A stretch of 64,000 nt of DNA from Dehalococcoidia bacterium (GTDB lineage Bacteria > Chloroflexota > Dehalococcoidia > UBA6926): positions 192,001-256,000 of the forward strand of contig CAXXET010000004.1 of NCBI GenBank assembly GCA_963666115.2, written 5' to 3'. The notes under the pieces are model-generated. The model had not been told where the DNA came from. It saw nothing but the letters and a program-made list of their open reading frames with translations, and searched no databases. The translations under genes were made by a program, and so were the position numbers. The first letter of the stretch is position 1; every line of letters starts with the position of its first letter. Positions 10,552-18,489 of the stretch are shown one piece after another.

Positions 10552-10719
10552 CCTGTACAAGGCAGGCAAATGCCCAGGCAGTACACCTGACGAACAAGCG
10601 GGCGTTCAACGAGATGCCTGTACAAGGCAGGCAAATGCCCAGGCAGTACACCCATAACAGGCTAGGGTGGGTGCCCTACCTCTCCCGTACAAGGCACGCA
10701 AACGCCCAGGCAGGCGGTG
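10552..10719 (+). CRISPR. Mini CRISPR array: repeat CCTGTACAAGGCAGGCAAATGCCCAGGCAGTACACC, two identical copies plus one degenerate copy, two spacers
   Basis: Repeats at 10552-10587 and 10617-10652 are identical; 10684-10713 matches the first 30 nt with 3 mismatches and then diverges. Unique spacers at 10588-10616 (29 nt) and 10653-10683 (31 nt). The repeat has dyad symmetry TGTAC..GGCA..TGCC..GTACA. Confidence 0.85.
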
Positions 10720-10813
10720 GCCACGACAATGCAGGGGCTCAAGACCCTAGCCGAGCGCAAGATTGAGGAGTAGTAATATCAAATTCCTGTGCGCCGCCCA
10801 GCCGAATAGCACC

Positions 10814-10840
10814 ATCATTCCCGCGCACGCGGGAATCTGG
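10814..10840 (+). repeat. REP-like palindrome ATCATTCCCGCGCACGCGGGAATCTGG
   Basis: ATTCCC-N8-GGGAAT core, as at 13199, 19924 and 25423. Confidence 0.8.
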
Positions 10841-10996
10841 CACTCATCCATGCTGATCATCACGAACGCAGATTGGCGACAGGAAGCTCAAGCCGCACAC
10901 AAGGGTGTCCGCCGTCAAGGAATACTGGGAATTGACGACTCAGTACGAGTGTGCTATTCTCACCTCAAAAGGGAAACGACGATCTAGGGGAAGACA

Positions 10997-11512
10997 ATGG
11001 CAAAGGGACTTCTGTTTGGGCTGGCGACATTCGTGGTAATCACCGTCGTCGCATGTGGTGGCCAGGCGACTCCCACACCCATCCCCACACCCGTCCCCAC
11101 AGCATTTGTCACGACAGTGGTTGTGACCGCCACTCCAACACCGACGCACGCATCCGAACCCATAATCGCGCAAGGGCAAGGCACTGAGTTTGTCTCCACT
11201 TCCATCGTACCGCGCGGGCATTACATCGCCACAGTTGAGGTTAGGACCAATCGAGAGGCCAAGTTCAGCTTGTCTGTGGATGACTTTGGCGATCTGAAAC
11301 ACGAAATAGAAATTGCCAATTCGAGCGCCGGAGGGCTGACTCAATATGATGAAGGCAATTCAGTGTGGGAGGCAACTGCACGTTTCGACACCTGTGAGTT
11401 GCCAGACGAGAAATTAGTGTTGAGGTCAACCGGCTTGGCGTCGGACGTCGAGTGGTCGGTCACACTAATTTGGCAAAAGGCGTGCGTCACGGAGCAGTCA
11501 AATGCTCAATAG
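10997..11512 (+). CDS. Hypothetical lipoprotein with Pro/Thr-rich linker
   Basis: Signal peptide ending VVACGG, then TPTPIPTPVPT linker; lower GC than its flanks. Confidence 0.75.
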   Translation: MAKGLLFGLATFVVITVVACGGQATPTPIPTPVPTAFVTTVVVTATPTPTHASEPIIAQGQGTEFVSTSIVPRGHYIATVEVRTNREAKFSLSVDDFGDLKHEIEIANSSAGGLTQYDEGNSVWEATARFDTCELPDEKLVLRSTGLASDVEWSVTLIWQKACVTEQSNAQ

Positions 11513-11570
11513 TGTCTTCGTGAAGTTCCCCGGTGGCCGAAACGGGGTGCTGGATCCCCCCGCCCCCCAT

Positions 11571-11660
11571 CTACGGCAGCGGCTCAATCTTGCCCAGCGG
11601 CTCCTGCCGCGTCCTGCGTTCCCAAGCCTCGTACAGTTCTTGTTGATACAGTTCAGGCAT
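11571..11660 (-). pseudogene. C-terminal fragment of a DUF4160-like protein
   Basis: ELYQQELYEAWERRTRQEPLGKIEPL resembles the DUF4160 C-terminus; it lies next to DUF2442, the usual partner. Confidence 0.55.
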
Positions 11661-11937
11661 TGGCGGGCGCGCCCTGCTCAACGAGCGCCAGTTCATCCAA
11701 GGTCTTCCCCGTGATCTCCATATAAAGCGCGTCCGCGCAAATATCGATGTCGTCGCCCCGCGCAATCGCCCGGTACTCAGTCAAGCGAACTGATTCAAAG
11801 AAAGAGCAGTCATTCCATGCGGCAAACACGCCCCTCCCCGCCATGTCGGACAGGTCAATCTCGCCGGACGCCCCATCATTGAAGCGCACCCAGATGCGGT
11901 AGCCCTCACGGGCCTCGACTGCTATCGGCTTGAGCAT
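11653..11937 (-). CDS. DUF2442 domain protein
   Basis: YRIWVRFNDGASGEIDL...DIDICADALY; GGAGG RBS before ATG 11937. Confidence 0.8.
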   Translation of the reverse strand: MLKPIAVEAREGYRIWVRFNDGASGEIDLSDMAGRGVFAAWNDCSFFESVRLTEYRAIARGDDIDICADALYMEITGKTLDELALVEQGAPANA

Positions 11938-11981
11938 ACTTGTCCTCCACGCGCAGTATACCAACGTTGGGGGACGCGGGG

Positions 11982-12404
11982 TTAGCTGTCTATCACATCG
12001 ATGTAGCCCTCATACCGCCGAAAGTCCGCCCCATTGAAGGTCAACAGCCGCCGCTCCCCATGCGCCAACATAGTCGCCACGATGTTGGCATCGTGAATCT
12101 GGCGCCCGCCGACCGGCACATCACGACACAAGTTGAACAGGAACTCCGAGACCACCGGGCCATCCTCTAGAACATCGAGACTTCCCAGTAGCTGCCGCAT
12201 GTCATCAAGTGCCTCTGTGAGAGTCATTGCAACCGGCCATACCTGTGGTCGTGTGACGACAGCCAGATATTCCCTCATAATCTGCCGACTGATCCGCAAC
12301 GGCTCCTGCCCGTGCATGACTTGCTCCAACAACGCGCTGGCTCGCCCATGGTCCGGAGCGCCCACGATACGTGCGTTTACCCAAATGTTCGTGTCAATGA
12401 ACAT
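11982..12404 (-). CDS. PIN-domain (VapC-like) toxin
   Basis: MFIDTNI, QIMREY, QIHDANIVATM, LLTFNGADF. Confidence 0.9.
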   Translation of the reverse strand: MFIDTNIWVNARIVGAPDHGRASALLEQVMHGQEPLRISRQIMREYLAVVTRPQVWPVAMTLTEALDDMRQLLGSLDVLEDGPVVSEFLFNLCRDVPVGGRQIHDANIVATMLAHGERRLLTFNGADFRRYEGYIDVIDS

Positions 12405-12418
12405 CTGGAACCAGGTCT

Positions 12419-12679
12419 TTAGTCATACATGTCCTCTCGCCGAAGGCTCAGCCCCTCGGGCCACACGGCCGTGGGATGAACAGGCCAAATCTCGTCCAAA
12501 CTCAACGGACGCCTACCCTTCTGCCTGCCATCGACGCTCTCGCCATCGGCGGCCTGCCCAGCCACCTCCGCCGACCGCACAACGACTTCCACAGTCTCCC
12601 CCACCGGCAGCCCCGCGTCCGCCACCTCGATCCTGCCCCCCGGCAAAACTTCCGCCGTCAAACGCAATTCCAGCGCCAT
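12419..12679 (-). CDS. Putative antitoxin (copy 1)
   Basis: Small gene directly upstream of the PIN toxin, ending SLRREDMYD; GGAGG RBS before ATG 12679. Confidence 0.75.
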   Translation of the reverse strand: MALELRLTAEVLPGGRIEVADAGLPVGETVEVVVRSAEVAGQAADGESVDGRQKGRRPLSLDEIWPVHPTAVWPEGLSLRREDMYD

Positions 12680-12695
12680 ATCGAACAACCCTCCG

Positions 12696-12719
12696 CCACC
12701 CATTCTAACGGGTATGGCC
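12696..12719 (-). promoter_or_regulatory. 24-bp promoter/operator motif, copy 1 (GGCCATACCCGTTAGAATGGGTGG on the minus strand)
   Basis: Identical copies at 13640 and 14496; TAGAAT -10-like hexamer inside an ACCC..GGGT dyad. Confidence 0.65.
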
Positions 12720-12771
12720 GCTTCGGGCAGGATCGACGGTGTACAGCGCGGGGGCGTAGTAGAATTGATGC

Positions 12772-13128
12772 ATGGGTATGTTCAGGATTCCTCTGCGTAT
12801 CTCCAATCCCGCCGGCGGCGAGGAGCGGGAGACCATGGTGATGCCCGACACGGGCTCGTTCTATACCCACTTGCCGGAATCACTCCTTCGTGAAATCGGC
12901 CTTGCCCCAACCGAAATCGAGCAGTTTGAGTTGGCCGATGGCAGCGTAGTCGAGAGGGGCATCGCCGAAGCGCGCGCCGCCATCAACGGCCGCAGCGTGA
13001 CGACCATCATCGCGTTCGGCTCAGACGACGTTGAGCCGCTCTTAGGCGCATACGCCCTCGAAGGACTAAGGCTAACCGTAGACCCGGTCAACGAGACGTT
13101 ACGCCCCGCCCCCCACCCAACACGCTAG
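12772..13128 (+). CDS. Clan AA (retropepsin-like) aspartic protease
   Basis: PDTGSFYTHLP catalytic motif, LADGS flap, PLLGAYALEGL...VDP. Confidence 0.85.
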   Translation: MGMFRIPLRISNPAGGEERETMVMPDTGSFYTHLPESLLREIGLAPTEIEQFELADGSVVERGIAEARAAINGRSVTTIIAFGSDDVEPLLGAYALEGLRLTVDPVNETLRPAPHPTR

Positions 13129-13140
13129 CGCCCTCCCCCC

Positions 13141-13226
13141 CGCTCACCCTGAGCCCCCCTCCTGTCACCCTGAGCCCAGTCGAAGGGTGCCCCCACCTCC
13201 GTCATTCCCGCGAAAGCGGGAATCTG
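13141..13226 (+). repeat. REP cluster (CCCTGAGCCCAGTCGAAGGG and CGTCATTCCCGCGAAAGCGGGAATCTG)
   Basis: Both repeat families occur side by side, with a stuttered partial head. Confidence 0.85.
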
Positions 13227-13229
13227 AAA

Positions 13230-13346
13230 CGTATTGCGTCAATCAAAGCGCAGCCGAAGAATCCAACCGCGAAATGATGCCTTAAACTCCCATGCCTACC
13301 GAATGTTCGCGTCGTGGCATTTATACAGACATTCGCGTCATGAACA
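13230..13346 (-). pseudogene. Frameshifted, truncated PIN toxin remnant
   Basis: ATG TTC A-T GAC GCG AAT GTC gives MF(I)DANVCINA..GRHG if one base is restored, matching MFIDTNIWVNA..PDHG at 12404; it sits downstream of antitoxin copy 2. Confidence 0.65.
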
Positions 13347-13353
13347 TCTGAGA

Positions 13354-13623
13354 CTAGATCCTGTCCTCGTACATGTCTTCGCGCCGCATGCTCAGGTCTT
13401 TGGGCCACGACCCCGCACTATGAACAGGCCAAAACTCATCCAAATCCAGCTTCCGCCTGCCCTTCTCCCCGTCCTGTTGCTCTCTATCCTGCACGGCCTG
13501 CCCAACCACCTCCGCCGACCGCACAACGACTTCGACAGTCTCCCCCACCGGAAGCCCCGCGTCCGCCACCTCGATCCTGCCCCCCGGCAAAACCTCCGCC
13601 GTCAAACGCAATTCCAGCGCCAT
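13354..13623 (-). CDS. Putative antitoxin (copy 2, paralog of 12419-12679)
   Basis: N-terminal half is almost identical to copy 1 at the nucleotide level; ends SMRREDMYEDRI. Confidence 0.75.
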   Translation of the reverse strand: MALELRLTAEVLPGGRIEVADAGLPVGETVEVVVRSAEVVGQAVQDREQQDGEKGRRKLDLDEFWPVHSAGSWPKDLSMRREDMYEDRI

Positions 13624-13639
13624 ATCGAACAACCCTCCG

Positions 13640-13663
13640 CCACCCATTCTAACGGGTATGGCC
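13640..13663 (-). promoter_or_regulatory. 24-bp promoter/operator motif, copy 2
   Basis: Identical to 12696-12719. Confidence 0.65.
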
Positions 13664-13665
13664 AT

Positions 13666-14109
13666 TTAGCGTGGCACCGCCCACTCGCCAATCAAGTGGA
13701 CGTTGCCTGCGCTTTCTGCTGCGCGGTGGAACCTCCGGTCCGCAGTCCACAGTTCGCAGCCGAACTCTTCGGCCAGCGCCAGGTAATGGGCATCGTAGGA
13801 TGCGCCCTGCTGGAGTTCGCTTGCCAACTCCAGGGCTCTTAAGTGAAGCTGCGCCGACTGATACAGTTCAAGCGGTGGCCCAAGCAGCTGCGCCATCATG
13901 TGGTCGGTTTCGCTGAGCCTCAGTTGGCCGCGCACGACCCTCCTATGAAGTGTGTTGGTCACCTCAAACGGCATAAGATACGGGGCTGCAAGCCGTATAT
14001 CCTGATCTTCCCAAGACCGGAGGAGCGCGTGGGCCTTGTCGGAGTCTTCTTCCTCAATCAGCCACTTAACCGCCAAGCTCGCATCGACGACGACGACCCC
14101 GTTCATCAC
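13666..14109 (-). CDS. PIN-domain (VapC-like) toxin
   Basis: VVVDASLAVKW, FEVTN, YDAHYLALA, WTADRR. Confidence 0.92.
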   Translation of the reverse strand: MMNGVVVVDASLAVKWLIEEEDSDKAHALLRSWEDQDIRLAAPYLMPFEVTNTLHRRVVRGQLRLSETDHMMAQLLGPPLELYQSAQLHLRALELASELQQGASYDAHYLALAEEFGCELWTADRRFHRAAESAGNVHLIGEWAVPR

Positions 14110-14396
14110 CAGTCCGCGCTCTCGGCCTCTCGGATCGCGCGGGCCTCGTGGAGCAAATCGACGGAGTTTCCAGGGAGGGGCTTGCCGCCAAAGTACTTCT
14201 GCCGCAGTTCCGCGAACCGCACATGGGCGGGACGGTCGTCAATTTCGCCTTTCGCCTCGTCTTGCGCCAGGGCGTTGTCTATCGCGGCCTCGCAGTACTG
14301 GCGCATGCTGACGCCCTTACGCGTCGTAACGGCTTTCAGCCGCTGCTGGAACTCGGCGTCCACGTCCAGGGAGAGTCTCTTTTTCTTGGTGGTCAT
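14106..14396 (-). CDS. Putative ribbon-helix-helix antitoxin
   Basis: KRLSLDVDAEFQQRLKA..GVSMRQY; 4-bp overlap with the PIN gene start. Confidence 0.75.
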   Translation of the reverse strand: MTTKKKRLSLDVDAEFQQRLKAVTTRKGVSMRQYCEAAIDNALAQDEAKGEIDDRPAHVRFAELRQKYFGGKPLPGNSVDLLHEARAIREAESADW

Positions 14397-14495
14397 CGTC
14401 TTTAGCGCTCCTATGTGGACAGTGTAGCAGGGTTTTACGGCTTCGCCCTTCGACGGGTGCCTGCCCTCCTGCCCGCCATCATGCACAACCATCCA

Positions 14496-14519
14496 CCACC
14501 CATTCTAACGGGTATGGCC
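14496..14519 (-). promoter_or_regulatory. 24-bp promoter/operator motif, copy 3
   Basis: Identical to copies 1 and 2, but upstream of an unrelated antitoxin. Confidence 0.6.
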
Positions 14520-14554
14520 ACTTCAAGGGGGGCTGACGGCGACACCCAAAACCT

Positions 14555-14606
14555 GTAGGGGCGGTTCGCGAACCGCCCCCCCGCTCGTCCTGAGCCTGTC
14601 GAAGGA
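14555..14606 (+). repeat. GTAG-type REP (GTAGGGGCGGTTCGCGAACCGCCCC) plus CCTGAGCCTGTCGAAGG REP
   Basis: The GTAG palindrome recurs at 25459-25486. Confidence 0.8.
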
Positions 14607-14702
14607 TGCGGGGCGTGCGCGCGAAAGCGAGAACGTTTATCGTGAATCACACACAACCGTCAACACGCCTGCCAGCATCGAGAATGGAGCGCGCCCCCTG
14701 CC

Positions 14703-15632
14703 ATGCCCCCAACCGCCCTGCCCGCCCCCCCGTCCCCCACGGCCCTCTTGCAGAAACTGCGCGACGGCGAGTTCGTCACGACGGTGGAGGTCCACCCGCC
14801 GCGCGGATTCGCCTTTGAGCGGACGCTGGAGAGCCTCAACAACCTTTTAAAGCGCGTTCGCGTCGATGCGTTCAACGCCACCGATGTTCCCCTCGCGCAG
14901 GCCCGCATGAGCGCAATCGCCCTCAGCGTCCTCCTCCAGCGCCAAACCGGCGTCGAGGCAATCCTCCACACCGGCACCCGCAACCGCAACGTCCTCGCCC
15001 TCCACTCCGATCTCATCGGCGCCCACGCCCTCAACGTCCGCAACGTCTTCGTCTTCCACGGCGACAACCCCGCAATGGGCGACTACCCCCACGCCAGCAG
15101 CCTGTCCGACATCACGTCATCCCGCCTGATCAACATCCTGAGCCGCCTCAACGCGGGCGAGGAGGTCGCGGGACACACGCTGCCGGAGCCTGCCTCATTC
15201 GCCATCGCCTGCGCCCTCACCCCGAACACGCCCCGCGTGGACGATGAGCTTGCCAGCCTGAACCGCAAGATCGACGCGGGCGCGCACTACATCATCACCC
15301 AGACCGTCTTCGATGCCGGGCCCGTCCGCCGCTTCCATGACCTGCTCGGCGGCTTCCCGCTGCCCGTCGTCCTCAGCGTCCTGCCCCTGCAGAGCGCGCG
15401 CCACGCGGAGTTCCTCCACAACAATGTCCCCGGCATGATAATTCCCGAATCCGTCCGCCGGCGTCTGCACGGCGCGGGAGAGAACGGACGCGCGGAGGGC
15501 GCAGCCATCGCGCGGGAGCTGATCGAGGAAACGCGCGGCATGATCGCCGGCGTCTACATGGTGCCCTCGTTCGGACGCTACGACGTCGTCGCGGACGTCC
15601 TGGACGGCGATGCGCCGGTTACAGGTGCATGA
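14703..15632 (+). CDS. Methylenetetrahydrofolate reductase (MetF/YitJ C-terminal type)
   Basis: TVEVHPPRG, RKIDAGAHYIITQTVFD, AEFLHNNVPGMIIP. Confidence 0.85.
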   Translation: MPPTALPAPPSPTALLQKLRDGEFVTTVEVHPPRGFAFERTLESLNNLLKRVRVDAFNATDVPLAQARMSAIALSVLLQRQTGVEAILHTGTRNRNVLALHSDLIGAHALNVRNVFVFHGDNPAMGDYPHASSLSDITSSRLINILSRLNAGEEVAGHTLPEPASFAIACALTPNTPRVDDELASLNRKIDAGAHYIITQTVFDAGPVRRFHDLLGGFPLPVVLSVLPLQSARHAEFLHNNVPGMIIPESVRRRLHGAGENGRAEGAAIARELIEETRGMIAGVYMVPSFGRYDVVADVLDGDAPVTGA

Positions 15633-16134
15633 GCGCGTGGATCGGATAATCGCCCAGTTTGTCGCGCCCGTTGAGGTCCGTCAGTTCGATCAGGACCGTC
15701 GCCCCAACCGTCACCCCGCCCGCCTTGTGAACCAGGTCTTCCGCCGCCTTGAGCGTCCCGCCCGTCGCGAGCAGATCGTCAACCAGGACGACGCGCTGCC
15801 CCGGCTGGATGCCGTCCTCATGAATCTCGACCGCCGTTGATCCGTACTCCAGCGCGTACTCCACGCTGATTGTCTTATGGGGCAGCTTGCCGACCTTGCG
15901 AACGGGCGTGAACGGCACGTCCAGCGCCCGCGCCATCGGCGCGCCGAACAGGTAGCCCCGCGCCTCAACGGCAACGATCACGTCCAGCGGCATCGTTCCC
16001 GCAGCCTGTGTCATGCTGTCGATGGCCCAGGCGAACGCATCCGGGTCATGGAGGAGCGGCGTGATGTCGCGGAACAGGATTCCCTCCTCGGGAAAATCCG
16101 GTACCTCGCGAATCAGGCGCTCATAGCTCGTCAT
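15619..16134 (-). CDS. apt: Adenine phosphoribosyltransferase
   Basis: PDFPEEGILFRDITPLL, EARGY, VRKVGKLP, LEYG, VDDLLATGGT. Confidence 0.97.
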   Translation of the reverse strand: MTSYERLIREVPDFPEEGILFRDITPLLHDPDAFAWAIDSMTQAAGTMPLDVIVAVEARGYLFGAPMARALDVPFTPVRKVGKLPHKTISVEYALEYGSTAVEIHEDGIQPGQRVVLVDDLLATGGTLKAAEDLVHKAGGVTVGATVLIELTDLNGRDKLGDYPIHALMHL

Positions 16135-16263
16135 GCGTCCCCCCCTGTATCATCTATCCTGTCACGACTTGGATTCCGCTAACAAGGCTTAAAATCGCTT
16201 AAACTCCGATAACAACGTCTACAATGTGATTTTTGTAACAGCCAAGTGAGTGGGGGTGCGGCC

Positions 16264-17637
16264 ATGACACAGATAGCGCAAGACGACACGAAGTGGGCTG
16301 CGGCGGTGCTGGCAGCCGGCCGGGGGACGCGAATGCGCACAACCCTCCCAAAGCCCCTCCACCCCATAGCCGGCCTCCCCATCATCCGGCGAATCCTGGC
16401 CGCTGTTGCTGACGCGGGCATTGACGACACGACGATTGTTCGCGATGCCTCCCCCGCCCTGCCCTCCGCTCTCGGCCTTATCCACCGCTACGTCACCCAG
16501 CCCGTGACCAACGGCACAGGAGGCGCATTAAAGGCGGTGCTAGCCGACGCCAACCACGATTTCCGCTCTCTGCTCGTCCTTAACGCCGATTTGCCTCTGA
16601 TTACTTCTGAATCCCTAACGATTCTCAAAAATGCTCATGAATCAGTCGACGCCGCCGCCGTCACATTCCTGACGACACAGACACCCCCAACCAACCAAAC
16701 AGGCCGCGTCCTTCGAGGTCCGGACGGCGCGCCGCAGGACATCGTAGAACCCGCCGACCCCCGCCACGCGGACGCCCCGCCGGAGGCCAACGCGGGCGTC
16801 TACGCCCTGGACGCCGCATGGGCGCGAACAGCCGCCAACCGCCTCCCCCTCCATGAAAACGGCGAGTATTACATCACGGACCTCATCAAGCTCGCCGTAG
16901 CAGACGGACACGCCGTGCAGACACTCGCCATCGACACCGAAGAGGCCATCGGCGTGAACACCCTAATTGACCTCGCCCAGGCGGAACAGCTCGCGCGCCG
17001 CCGAACGCTGGAAAGGCTCATGCTCTCAGGCGTCATCATCCGCGATCCGGCATCAACCTACATCGATGACACCGTAACCATCGCCCCGGACACCGTCATC
17101 CACCCGAATACGCACGTCTACGGCGCATCCGCCATTGCGGGAAGCTGCGAGATCGGGCCAGATTCGCGCGTGGTTGACTCGGTGATCGGAGAGCGGTGCG
17201 TCGTGCGGGGCTCGTGGCTGGACGGCGTGACAATCGAGGCGAGCGTGAGCGTCGGTCCGTTCGCTCGACTGCGCCCCGGAACCCACGTCGGCGCGGACGC
17301 CCATATTGGCAGCTTCGGGGAAATCAAGGAGAGCCGGATCGGCAGCCGCACAGCGATGGGTCATTTCGGCTACGTGGGCGACGCCAACATCGGCGAGGAC
17401 GTGAACATCGGCGCGGGCGCGGTGACGTGCAATTTCGACGGCCAGGACAAGCACAGGACGATAGTCGACAACGGTGCATTCATCGGGAGCGGGAGCATGT
17501 TGGTTGCGCCGGTGCAAATCGGGGCGCAGGCGTACACGGCGGCGGGGGCCGTCGTCACGCGCAACGTGGCAGAGGGAACAACGGTTGCGGGCGTTCCGGC
17601 GAAGGCGGTCAGGCGCCCTTCGACAAGCTCAGGGTGA
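16264..17637 (+). CDS. glmU: Bifunctional UDP-GlcNAc pyrophosphorylase / glucosamine-1-P acetyltransferase
   Basis: LAAGRGTRM..PKPLH, GEYYITD, GPFARLRP, YVGDA, NIGAG..CNFDG, hexapeptide repeats. Confidence 0.96.
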   Translation: MTQIAQDDTKWAAAVLAAGRGTRMRTTLPKPLHPIAGLPIIRRILAAVADAGIDDTTIVRDASPALPSALGLIHRYVTQPVTNGTGGALKAVLADANHDFRSLLVLNADLPLITSESLTILKNAHESVDAAAVTFLTTQTPPTNQTGRVLRGPDGAPQDIVEPADPRHADAPPEANAGVYALDAAWARTAANRLPLHENGEYYITDLIKLAVADGHAVQTLAIDTEEAIGVNTLIDLAQAEQLARRRTLERLMLSGVIIRDPASTYIDDTVTIAPDTVIHPNTHVYGASAIAGSCEIGPDSRVVDSVIGERCVVRGSWLDGVTIEASVSVGPFARLRPGTHVGADAHIGSFGEIKESRIGSRTAMGHFGYVGDANIGEDVNIGAGAVTCNFDGQDKHRTIVDNGAFIGSGSMLVAPVQIGAQAYTAAGAVVTRNVAEGTTVAGVPAKAVRRPSTSSG

Positions 17638-17642
17638 ACGGG
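17616..17642 (-). repeat. REP-like element overlapping the glmU stop codon
   Basis: CCCTTCGACAAGCTCAGGGTGAACGGG is the reverse complement of the 6221-type repeat. Confidence 0.85.
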
Positions 17643-18416
17643 TTAGGCGAGGAGGGTGATTAGGGCGCCGGCTGTTATGGCGATTCCGGCGGCGGCGACG
17701 AACGGGGCGAGGGTGACGCGGCTCGCCCATGCAAGGATGGCGCGGATGACAACGGCGCCGACGGCCGCCGCCGTCACCACCGCGACAACAGCAGGCCAGC
17801 CGCCGATCGTGTCGGACGTGCTCGCCGCCAAAACCCCCGCCCCGATGCTCGCCGGGATGCCCATGAGCACGCTGAGGACGACGGCCTCGCGGTGGCTGCA
17901 ATCGCGCGCGAGGAGCACGGCGACGGTCAGCCCCGTGCGGCTGAGGCCGGGGATGACGGCCAGCGCCTGCGCGACACCGGCGATGACGGCATCCGCGAGA
18001 GTAACATCATCCCTGCCCCGTTCGCCCTCCCACAGTCCACAGCGGATGATGAATGCGGTGGCAAGCATGGCCACCCCCACAACCAACATCGCCGCACCCC
18101 CCAAGAGATCGGCAAGCTCCCCCAACAAGAAATAGACCGGCACACCAACAACCGCAGTAACCGCCGTGCTTATCCCAAGGAACCGAAGGGGCGCGCCCAT
18201 AGAATCGCGCATCACCGACGTGACCTCCCGCCTCATCGCGATGACCGCAGACAGCGCCGTCCCACCATGCAGCCACAACCCAATCGCGATAGCATCCGAG
18301 GGGGATGCCTCATCGATCCACGTCGCGGCAAGGGCGACAACGCCCTGCGAACTGACGGGAATCCACTCAGTGATTCCCTGGATGATGCCAAGAAGAAAGG
18401 CAGACGCGTTGGACAT
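17643..18416 (-). CDS. uppP: Undecaprenyl-diphosphate phosphatase (BacA family)
   Basis: GIIQGITEWIPVSS, LHGGT, QALAVIPGLSRTGLT. Confidence 0.88.
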   Translation of the reverse strand: MSNASAFLLGIIQGITEWIPVSSQGVVALAATWIDEASPSDAIAIGLWLHGGTALSAVIAMRREVTSVMRDSMGAPLRFLGISTAVTAVVGVPVYFLLGELADLLGGAAMLVVGVAMLATAFIIRCGLWEGERGRDDVTLADAVIAGVAQALAVIPGLSRTGLTVAVLLARDCSHREAVVLSVLMGIPASIGAGVLAASTSDTIGGWPAVVAVVTAAAVGAVVIRAILAWASRVTLAPFVAAAGIAITAGALITLLA

Positions 18417-18489
18417 GTAGGCACTAGATGATTGTAGGAGGCTTGGTGAGCCTGTCCGGCATTACAGAGGCAGGCATTTGGCAGTTGGG

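Noticed and set aside
10588-10683. Self-targeting by the two spacers
   Set aside because: I saw no matching sequence elsewhere in the window; this was by eye only and the rest of the genome is unavailable.
9226-10800. Complete IS200/IS605 or IS607 element
   Set aside because: No tnpA (Y1 HUH or serine recombinase) nearby, and no convincing left/right-end hairpin pair could be identified by eye.
11060-11150. Short CCCACACC repeats
   Set aside because: They encode the Pro/Thr linker of a lipoprotein, which is ordinary.
16200-16230. dif-like site (ACTCCGATAA...) near the skew switch
   Set aside because: Only a XerC-like half is present; no TTATGT-type XerD arm at 6-bp spacing.
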